This document shows, in pieces, positions 22,849 through 32,534 of a DNA stretch of 64,000 bases. Origin of the DNA: Epithemia pelagica (taxonomy: Eukaryota; Protista; Bacillariophyta). Position 1 is the first letter of the stretch; every line of letters starts with the position of its first letter. Made by a program: the position numbers and the translations under genes. Location of the stretch: the NCBI GenBank assembly GCA_946965045.2, contig OX337234.1, forward strand, positions 2,728,001 to 2,792,000, in the 5' to 3' direction. The notes below the pieces were generated by a model. That model was not told where the DNA came from. It saw nothing but the letters and a program-made list of their open reading frames with translations, and made no database searches.

Positions 22849-25800
22849 ATGTCTGCATGCTCTTCTCACCAAGCAAACGAAACAGCAACCATGGATCCCT
22901 GCGCCTGTTGCCCCCTAAGCAACGACCTATTTCTACCCTCATCATTGCGAGAGAATTGCAGCACCTCTGCCAACAAAGAAAATACTGGTGATCCAATCAG
23001 TTCCACCTCAACGAAAGTCACAACAAAGAACAAGAAGAAACCAGCTAAAACTCCCTTACAACCACAACGTCGTTCGCGGAGACAGCCCTCTCGTGGCTCG
23101 AGAAAGAGAGGAGGCGGTCCTCCACCTCCTGCCTCTGCGGCATCTCCAAACAAACGAACAAGAAGCCAACGCCAAGAAGATAATGCACCCGTTGAAGACA
23201 CTGTTTTCGAGCTCCGCCGCATCCACAAGATCATCGAAGACTTCAAGAATGAAGACTGGGTCCCCTGCTCTGTTTTCGGATCTAACCGTTTGAAAGAATG
23301 GGAGGATGAAGATTTTTTCTTCTGTGGTCAATGTGACAACGCTGACTGGGATGAAAAGTCTGGCGAAAAGCTCAAGGTAAATCGGAAGAGGAAAAAGGGT
23401 CCCTACACATGTATTGCCAAGCACCGTAATTTAGTTAAACCAACGGCCCGTAGATATCCTGATGGTCCACCCCCAAGAATCAACAAGAAGAAACGACGAC
23501 AAGATCGACGGCATAGGCGAAATGACCCCCAGCCCATACCTACAAGTCGATTTCAACCTCCTGTTATGGGACCTAGTGCTACTCTCTCCGACATTGAAGA
23601 AGAGGATGAAGAAGATGACGTTGAAAACAACCGTACAATCTCGTCTGTAGAGCAAACAGAACCTCAAGAACAATTGGTCGATGATGGAACAGGCCCACCT
23701 GAACAAGAAGAAGCTTCTACTCCCATAGAAAGTCAAGGAAATCAGTTAAATGATTCTGAATCAAGCGAGTCTGAAGCACCTGTTGAACAAGACAATACTG
23801 TTACGATGGCCGTTGATTCTTCTGTAGATATGCCAGTGCCCATACAACCATTGAACCCGTCAATCAACCTTTCGGAGTTATCACTACAGGAAGAAGTGAG
23901 ACTGTTGAAAGAACGTCTTAGAAAATCGGAAGAACAAATAGAGACTCAAACAAAGAAGCTTCGCAACGAATCAGACAAGCTGCGAGATGCTAAGAAGAAG
24001 ATAGAAGAACTCGAACGAAATTGTGCTACATGCCAAAGTCGTCGCCTACCCACCTGTGTCACATCGAATGACCAGGCAGACACCCTCGTACAACATATCA
24101 GGAGTGTCATTGAAGATGCAACTAAGAACATCCGGAGTAGTAACAGTCGTGCTTTGAAGTATTTCTACGGCCAAGTCGCAGAGTTGTGTCTCGACGAGAG
24201 CGTCCACGAAGGGCAACTCAAGCAATGTTCTTACTCAGTCTTTCGAGACTATGTAAGGCAGAATATCTATACCCCCCACCGTGTACTGAAACAAATGGAT
24301 CTTCGGGGGGGTGTACTGAACTACGAAGGTATCGAACTACTGCGTTCCGTAGAGACAGATGGTGTTCCTAGAGAGAAGACGCTTCTTCCTAGTTCTGGTT
24401 GTATGAAAGCCTACGCTGCTTTGGTAGAAAGCTTTGGACGCAACATCTGTCCCTTCATCATGAAGACAAGCTCGAAAAATGGCACCGAAGGTTTTGCTTT
24501 TCGTGCAGCCGATGTACTCCTTTGCCTTCTGAAGGCTGGTCATCTTCTAAACTCCGAGGCCGTGGTGAGGTCGATACGAATCGCTGCCAGTCTTGATGGC
24601 GCACAATTTACTAAGAATTTGTCCCACACCTTGGTTGGTATCAAATTCAACGATCCATCCAACCCATATGCGCAGTCACAACAATCAGTCTTTCCTGTTG
24701 GATGTGTGGCAATGCCAGAAACGACTGAGAACGTGGTTGGAGTTTTTGCAAGAACCTTGGAAGAAATCAAGGAAGCCGTTGGAGTTGTATCCAAGGCACA
24801 CAAGATAAAGAAACCCACACTCTGTTTCAATTGTGATATGAAATGTGATTGGGAACTCAGTGGACGAGGGGGTGCCGCCAAGCAGCATACTTATCCCTGT
24901 TCTAAATGCGCCATTCACAGTGGACAGCTATGCCAACCATCGGGGATAAAACCAGACAAGTGCAAGACCTGTACTCAATTGGATCATCATCGCGACCCAA
25001 CTTGGATTTGCCGCCATGTAAAGATGCTCACTGAGGAGCATACTGCAACCTTGAAGAAAGAGGTCGACGACTTCCGTAATGGTCCCCTGCCTCTAATCGC
25101 TAAAGACCTTGCTTTGCTTGAGGAGCATAGCGAACTGTCGATGCAAGATGATCCCAATATTGTTGCAACGGAGATGCAAGCCAACGATATCCTTTCGATC
25201 CAATTTGACTTGAACCGGGCGACACAGGAGCAGAGGCAGGAGTATTCTCGACTGGTCACTTCAGATTTGAGGTTGCGTCGACTCCAAATGACAGGATCGT
25301 TGGAGGAACGACAGGAACGATTAAAGAATCAGAGAGTCAAGGAGTGGTCCTACAAAAGAGCATTGGAATGTCTGGACAATGCCAAGGCCTCCCAGAAGCG
25401 TATTGCCATCGTGCTTATGATGGACGCCATTCCATGCTTGCTCCATCTCGAGAATCGAATGGGGATCAAGTTTCTGACCATGGTGCTAAAGACGGGGATG
25501 AACAACTCGATCAATCCAAAGGACGGCCTTGAATTGGAGTGGATGCCTCATACAACAACAACAAAGGAAGACCGATGTGCTGCATTCGTCAGCAAGGTCA
25601 ATGGCATTATGAATTCAACAATTCTTGGATCAGAGGACCAACCAACCCAATGGACAGTGCCATACGACACCAAAACTTGCAAGATTGGAGACATTACAAT
25701 GGATAACGTGAGGATTCGGAAGCTCCTCATCAAATTTGAGCTGTTGATTGATTGTTGCTTTGTGGATAACGAGAAGGCCGGCCTCTTTAAGTCTGCAATC

Positions 25801-26539
25801 TACTATTTCAGGGAGGGTCTGAAGAAAGTGAACGTGCGACATGAAATGTCGGACAGTGAGATCTTTGCTTTTCAGAAAGACATCGACTACTTCTACAGAG
25901 ATTGGTGCTCATTGTATGGAGTCGAGGGGATAACAAACTACGCCCATATGCTGGGTAGTGGCCATTGCATGGAATATCTATTGCATTGGCGTAACTTATG
26001 GTTGCATAGTCAACAAGGCTGGGAAGGTAAGTTCAATCCACAACTGTGTATTTGACTGAGGGCTCCATCAACTGACGGCTGACCTCCTATGTGTTATAGC
26101 CTTTAACAGTTTGTTTAAAAGGTTCTACTTCTCTCGGACACAGAGAGGAGGCGCGGGGAATCGGGGAACGGCGGAGAAGAGTAGGTTGCGGTCAATGGCT
26201 CGATGGTTGCAGCGCCGAATGGTGTTCCTCATTGGAACCACTGAGGAAGAGATAAAACAACAATTGGATCGGTCGCAAGATGAGATAGAAAACTTCGATG
26301 AATGGATTCGTGACAATGGGGGGACACTGGAGTATGGCTTGTCAAACAAGGACGGACCAATTCGAGTGGAGGACTTGGAGGGGGCAGTGGTCGATGACTG
26401 GGAAGTTGGTCTCCCTCCGAAACAGAAATCGCCGCAACAATCTTCCGGACAAGTTCCGGAAGAAGCAAGTCTCAGAACTGTGGACCTGTTGCGTATGTTG
26501 GATCAGAATGATGATCTGGAGAATCTAAATAATGAGTAA
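22849..26539 (+). CDS. RAG1/Transib-like DDE transposase, about 1205 aa in 2 exons (22849-26026, 26100-26539)
   Basis: SLDG, CDMK, YPCSKC, PCLLHLENR, ITNYAHMLGSGH and SQQGWE|AFNSLFKRF. Intron GTAAGT..GCTGAC..TAG at 26027-26099 joins the two ORFs in frame. Confidence 0.8.
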
Positions 26540-26590
26540 TGAGAAGCACTTGATGGATCGACACTAAATTCTTATATATCTTATTGCAAA

Positions 26591-28114
26591 CTAGTTGAAC
26601 TGACGAATTAGGAGAAGGACCTCGTCAGCATCTTCCCATTTATGAATTTCTTGTTGATCCATGGGGAGGTCGTGGTCGTAGAACACTCCGCCGATAATAC
26701 GAGACACAACAAACGGGCCATTCTCGTTACGGTTGACTGCTATGACCTCATACACGTTTTGCTCGTCCCAGTCAGTGAACTGGTGGCCGATCTTGATACG
26801 GCTACTGGGGGAGTCTTGGGCAGTCGACTTGGCAATTTTGTTAGGTGAAGCAGGGCTTGATGCTTTAGAGTGCTCGGGATCACTCTCGGTGGTGTCGGAA
26901 GGTTCATGTTGGTAGACATCGGTCGTGTCAGTCTTATCGTCAGATGATGTTGGTGTTCCTTGGAGAATGTTCTTGAGGTCCTCAGTGGGAGGGTCATTCT
27001 TGAGCTTTCCCTTGTGGTCAAGGGAGTACTGATACTGCTCGTATCCCACTACAACGCGACAATGAAAGTCGGACCAACAAAGGTCAACTCGCTGGTCACG
27101 AGATCTGACCTTGAAATTTTCTTTTTCCTCGGATGTAGATCCCTTCACAAGTGTCACACGGTGCTCGGGCTTGAGGGAAGTTCCATTGGGACCGTCGGCA
27201 AGAGTGGGTTTGCGATCGGTACATCCATAAGTACTGCCGAATCCAAGCAAGCCTCGTAAGAACTGGAGGTCGTCAGAACTCCGAAACCGAATAATGGTGG
27301 TAGGGTAGCTAATCTTGACTTTCTTCCTGGTGAACTTGGGGTCGATATCGAGATAGGACGCAGAACCCTTGGTTGTATGGATGTCTATGCCTTGGATTCG
27401 ACAAAGCTGGACAATATAGGTCCAGGTTTCTGTAGGTACAAGACCAATGGTATCGCCAGTCACTTCGTGTTCCTCGGCCTGGCCCGAAGATTTGTTCAAC
27501 AATTTCACGAGAGCCTTGCGAAGAAGGAATAGGCCAACAAAAGATGACTGGTGAAAGCATCTTGGGGGACGAACTGCCTTATCCACAATGAAACGACAAG
27601 CGTGCTCGTTCGGAAAGCAAAGCTTTGTCTTCTCCTCTAATGGATGTAGACAACCAACCGGAGGATCACTGTCAATGATGGGCATCCGGAAACGAACAAA
27701 GAAGAAATTGTCAAGGCCTTCAGTCCAAATGTTCTTGGGAGACTTGAATTCATGTAGGGAAAATACAAAAGCCGGGTGGGAAATAACGGAGGAGGCATCT
27801 TCTACGACGTCAAATGTAGTGGACGATTCGTATAGTTCCGTGTTTCGTGAACCAAGGCCCAGCATCACCCTGGTGTAATTGTGCTTGGGCAGTTTGGGGT
27901 GAGACTGGTCATTTAGATTGTAGCGGGGAAACAAAGGAGGGAACAACACAAACCTGAGGCCGGTGGCATTGATTCGAGAGTGGATGCGTGCGATCGTCGT
28001 ATCGTCTTTCTGTCCGGGAAGATGGATGTGGACAAACGACCCGATGCGGAGGTGATCGTCGAGTCTCTTTACGTAGAAAGGCGGCTTATTGATGTCCGGT
28101 ACACTCCGAAACAT
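26591..28114 (-). CDS. Transposon accessory protein with putative N-terminal BAH-like domain
   Basis: Intact ORF of about 507 aa from the ATG at 28114, inside the TIRs and tail-to-tail with the transposase (51-bp gap). Confidence 0.7.
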   Translation of the reverse strand: MFRSVPDINKPPFYVKRLDDHLRIGSFVHIHLPGQKDDTTIARIHSRINATGLRFVLFPPLFPRYNLNDQSHPKLPKHNYTRVMLGLGSRNTELYESSTTFDVVEDASSVISHPAFVFSLHEFKSPKNIWTEGLDNFFFVRFRMPIIDSDPPVGCLHPLEEKTKLCFPNEHACRFIVDKAVRPPRCFHQSSFVGLFLLRKALVKLLNKSSGQAEEHEVTGDTIGLVPTETWTYIVQLCRIQGIDIHTTKGSASYLDIDPKFTRKKVKISYPTTIIRFRSSDDLQFLRGLLGFGSTYGCTDRKPTLADGPNGTSLKPEHRVTLVKGSTSEEKENFKVRSRDQRVDLCWSDFHCRVVVGYEQYQYSLDHKGKLKNDPPTEDLKNILQGTPTSSDDKTDTTDVYQHEPSDTTESDPEHSKASSPASPNKIAKSTAQDSPSSRIKIGHQFTDWDEQNVYEVIAVNRNENGPFVVSRIIGGVFYDHDLPMDQQEIHKWEDADEVLLLIRQFN

Positions 28115-28431
28115 GGTGGATTTAGGATACAAAGAACGTGTTGTCAATCTGAATCAAAGGAGTTGTGCTTGATTGTTGTGTCAAACAACCATCTTGATCG
28201 TCTGCATTTGGGTCGTTTGTCATTAGTTCTCCATTGGATGTTTGCTTCCGAGTGAGCTTTTGGCAAGAATTGATGAGGTGAATGTGGATGGTGTTGCGAC
28301 AGAAAGGACATTTATTTCTTAACAAAATGTAAGTCGGATTCGGATCCTATATTTTATGATTAAGGTCGCCAGTCGGCATTTTGGTGAGGGCAGGCGCGAA
28401 ACTTGGCCCTGGAGGCACGTGTACACGGGAA

Positions 28432-28452
28432 ACCGTTAACACCGTTAGCTGG
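28432..28452 (-). repeat. Right TIR
   Basis: ACCGTTAACACCGTTAGCTGG followed by TA. Confidence 0.9.
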
Positions 28453-28739
28453 TATTGCGGTAGGATCACTACTACTTTCCAGCGGCAACGTAAATTACCA
28501 TATAGCTTTCTGCTAAAACCTTTCGTATCTCTCTATAGTATAGACACCTCTGGGGAGTGTTATGAGTTACCTGTGCGCGCTATGCATTATTCAATTCTTC
28601 TGGGACGGAAACTTCAGCGAGAGTGGGGGACGAAACAAAAAAATGCTCCTCGAAAACAACAAACGAGTCCTCTCTGTGGTCCTCTCACAAAACGATCCAA
28701 CAAACAATTGAGAACACAGCCCCAAACAACACATTCACC

Positions 28740-29471
28740 ATGATCGCCGCACCTTCAGAACTCAGCCGAGCAATCACAAGTGGAGATTGGTCCATGGCAT
28801 CGAAACTGGCCAAACGGTTCCCAGAACAAGCCCGAAAAAAGTCCAACCGTGAAGGGTTGTTCGATGGACGCACCAACGCCAGAGTATATCCGATTCATGA
28901 AGCGCTTGTGGCAAATGCCCCTCTGAGTTGCGTCAAGGCCCTGGTGGAAGCTTATCCGGACAGTCTCTTGAAAGCAGAGTCTTCGTATCATCGTTTGCCG
29001 TTGCACTGCGCTTGTCGCAAGAATGCCGATCCTGCCGTCATCTCATATCTGGTCCGGAAGAACAAGCAAGCGTGTCTTGAGGAAGATTCACTTCGACGTC
29101 TCCCTGTGCACTATGCATTGACAAATGGCGCCAACCCACACGTGGTGTCCATCTTGGTGAAAGCCGATCCAGGGTCCGTTCGTGGCTGCGACTACTCGGG
29201 CTGGACGCCAGTCCATGTTGCCATTAATGTATGTGCGTCGCCCACCACGGTGGCAACCATGCTCAAGGCCTTTCCAGAATCGGTCCTGCTCAAAACCAAC
29301 AAGCACTCGAGCATGCGAAGTGTGATACCCAAAAGCAGTCCGTATCGAAAGGAACACAAACAATTAATCGAAGAGACACAAAACGTTGTCCAAATGGACA
29401 TACACTTGCCTTCCATGCGTTACAATTCCATGCGGGCGAGAGAACAAATACTCCTATATTGCTCCCTCTAA
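28740..29471 (+). CDS. Ankyrin-repeat protein
   Basis: YPIHEAL, LPLHCAC, LPVHYAL and GWTPVHVAI repeats. Confidence 0.85.
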   Translation: MIAAPSELSRAITSGDWSMASKLAKRFPEQARKKSNREGLFDGRTNARVYPIHEALVANAPLSCVKALVEAYPDSLLKAESSYHRLPLHCACRKNADPAVISYLVRKNKQACLEEDSLRRLPVHYALTNGANPHVVSILVKADPGSVRGCDYSGWTPVHVAINVCASPTTVATMLKAFPESVLLKTNKHSSMRSVIPKSSPYRKEHKQLIEETQNVVQMDIHLPSMRYNSMRAREQILLYCSL

Positions 29472-29880
29472 TGCTGCTACATAACATTTTTGAAAACATG
29501 GACTTTTGTCATCACATTTTTACAGAGGGAGTCTTTACTCTAGAGTACGAAAGCCATGCGATGCAAGTTACTCCAACCTAGTAGCTTGTCGTCAAGTGTC
29601 CCCACGTGATTGCGACCCCCATGGTGAGAAAGTAAACCTTCAGGATACATTGCATCATGATCCTTGTCTGGTGATTCCGTCGAACCAGAGAGAAATCAGA
29701 CAACAAAGACGGCGAACCCAATACCGGAGTTGCGTTATGCGACTGGGGAGTTGTCGACCACGGCCGGAATGGATAAATCAGGCTACGACCATGTCGGAAT
29801 AGTTCTCTTTGTAACCTGCCAAGCACACCATCTACAACACCGCACTGTAACTGGCATCCGAGGTCCTCTAATGTCTGAAC

Positions 29881-31897
29881 TCACTTGTAGTTTCCATCCA
29901 GGGCTGGGCTGTCTCTGCAGTTGTGAAGGCTTGGCTTGTCTCGATAGTGACATTTGAAGTTTGTGGTACTCAGGCAACAATGTTCCCTCAAACCTCCAAC
30001 AGTTGTAGTCGAGGCCAACGATTCACTTGCAATCTCCTGTGTTGTCTTGCCAACGCATTGGTCGTCCACATACCACTCTCCCATTTGTTGAAAGAACTTG
30101 ATTTTGTTATCCTTGTTTTCGGTCCAGCTCATGTGGAAGACAATGGGCTCCACCTTACCTGAAAAAATGTTCTTCATCATGTGTGGCTTGCGATGCCATT
30201 GGTAGCCACAAGGGAGATCTGGAGACTCCCGAGATATCACCTTTGTAACCAGCCCGTATGCCAATACATGTTCGCTGAGAGTATTGATGAGAACGTGTTG
30301 GTGACTTTTGGAACTCACAATGCTTGGCATTGAAAACAGCATCGCGTTGACAAAGGCACGAGAACGTTGATTGTTGTCGATAAAGTAAAAACCCGAATTG
30401 GCATCGTAGGGTGAAAATCGCAAACTTCGTGATCCATCTTCTTGAAAGATGATATCGTACTCCTTGGTCCACCTATTTTTGTCATCAAAATAGTCTTTGA
30501 TCGGGTGTCGAAACCACACCACATCGGCGTCTTGGAACAGAATGTCGAATCCCAGCTGAGATATCAGATGAACGCTGATCACTTTCATTGTCATTAACGC
30601 TATAAAGTTGTTGTCACCATAGTGCTTAGCAGCTTCATGGGGTATGTTTCCAAACATCTGTCCCAATGAAATCATCATTCGCCCACAGAAAATTGAGTAC
30701 CACCACATGATGAGAACCATGAGACGCATTACTGGTACGTACTTTTTCATTGTGATATGCAGTGAGACCCAAGGACGTTACCAAATCATGGGTATCTTTG
30801 TCTGCCGCAAATATGAGCACCGATGACGTATCAATGCCTCGAGCCTTGGCGTTACAGGCAAAGTTCATAATCAATTCGGACTGTCCAAAGTTGCACACCA
30901 TTACGGTTATTACGCGTTTTCCATTCCCTCTTTTGTAAGGCTTGAGATGTTTGGTGAGAGTCTTGAGTTCTCGTAATGCTTCCTCCAGTAAATTCAAGTA
31001 ATTTTGCAGTATATCAACGCCATTCTGGAAATGGCGCTCCGATGGTGGAATATTCTCATCAATTCCATTAGCTCCAAGATTCGATCCTACCAGTCTCAAT
31101 GGTTGATCTTTGCTGAATGGTTCGTATTTTCTCTTCTTTTTGATCGGAGAAATTCGCATCCATTTTTGGGCGTGGTAATTACTTGTTGGGTAGGGGACCA
31201 AGGCCAAACATGACCTTTGTGTGTGTACAGGGAACACTACAAGTTCCATGCAACGCTCCAGGGCTTGATCGGTGGACGAGACGACAGGAATCGCAGTCGT
31301 TGACTCACCTGGATGAGAAGGGTCCATGTGAGTGTGATTCGTGTTTCGTGTGCGTGCTGTTGCTTTGGAACCATACAGTACCAAGACATTGGAGGATGAT
31401 TGCGGATGGTTGCGGTACTCCACATTCATGGGGATACCCATATCAATCGTTTTGATAAACTCGGACGTCGGAATTGCGGCCATTCCAGCAGCTACATCAC
31501 GAATGGTCGAAAGATCCAAGCTATTCTTCGATGAAAGGGTTTCCCGTGCATCGACTTGGTGTAGATTGTCCAAATTGGTCTTGTGGACCAAACGATTCGA
31601 GTTGGCACATGCCTCCGCCAAACGCTCTTGTACAAGACGTTCGACACGATCCATAAATTCTTTTTCTAAAGTAGCCGTTCTCTCCTCCACTATCTGTTCC
31701 ACAAGACTATTCATGACACCCGATCTACTTTGGCCGAACGGAAACATGGTGTCACGCTCATGGAGCAACAACACCATGGTGGCCAAGCCAAGATATGTCA
31801 CAAGCGCCAAGAGTAGTAACGCATACCAAATTTGTTTGATACCAAAGGGTGGTCGCTGCTCTCCCCGATAATTCGACGCCGAGAACACGTGAATCAT
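29881..31897 (-). CDS. Nucleotide-diphospho-sugar transferase (GT77-like), 2 exons (31897-30743, 30657-29881)
   Basis: LFQDADVVWF, ANSGFY and FHMSWTENKDNK, plus an N-terminal TM segment. Phase-0 GT..AG intron at 30658-30742. Confidence 0.85.
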
Positions 31898-32534
31898 GTT
31901 GCAACGAAACTGTGAAGCAATCCGCAGTGATTCTTATTGTCGCGAGAGTCGACGGTTGCTCCCACGTTCTGATGCGTATTTTTGTTGCTTCGCCTTTTCG
32001 TCCTAAATTCGATCCTCTTTTGATGGTGTGTTTCGTTCCTTGGGACTCTCAAGTCTTTGGCTTCTTCATGCTAGGTTTTGCTCCGTTGAACATTATGCCG
32101 AAAAAAGTTCAAGGTGCGCTCTCCGACGCAATTGTCGTCATTTGAAAACAGCGGTTGCGGTGCAAGACCATCAGTCAATGAGGTCGAAGATTCGTTGAAT
32201 GAAACATGTGGAGGACTTGAATAACATCGAATCGCTCACCGAGCATGAGAACGGAGGAAGCGATACATATGGGACATGGAGGCTGCAGTGCCGCCATTGT
32301 TTGGCCTTCTGTGTGGGGGCGAAGAGGACGCGTTCGTAATACACCCCTTAATTTTGTACCGTTATTTCCCCTAACCAACAAAAATCTCACCAGACTGTAC
32401 GAGTTATAAAGGGGTGGAATATGGTACCCCTCCTTCGTTACGGTTCTCCCCTCCATTAAAATATATCCTTAACCCTAACGGAGCTTGACAAATTCGTTCC
32501 GACCATGTGGCGACAATAAGATCCATCAAGCAGG

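Larger units (their letters stand above)
22328..28452 (+). mobile_element. Two-gene TIR DNA transposon with RAG1/Transib/CMC-type transposase
   Basis: 21-bp TIRs matching 20/21 (22328-22348 and 28432-28452), TA on both sides, and two convergent genes inside. Confidence 0.85.

Noticed and set aside
26591-28114. True RAG2 homolog
   Set aside because: No kelch repeats or Cys/His PHD pattern visible, and the TIRs lack the RSS heptamer.
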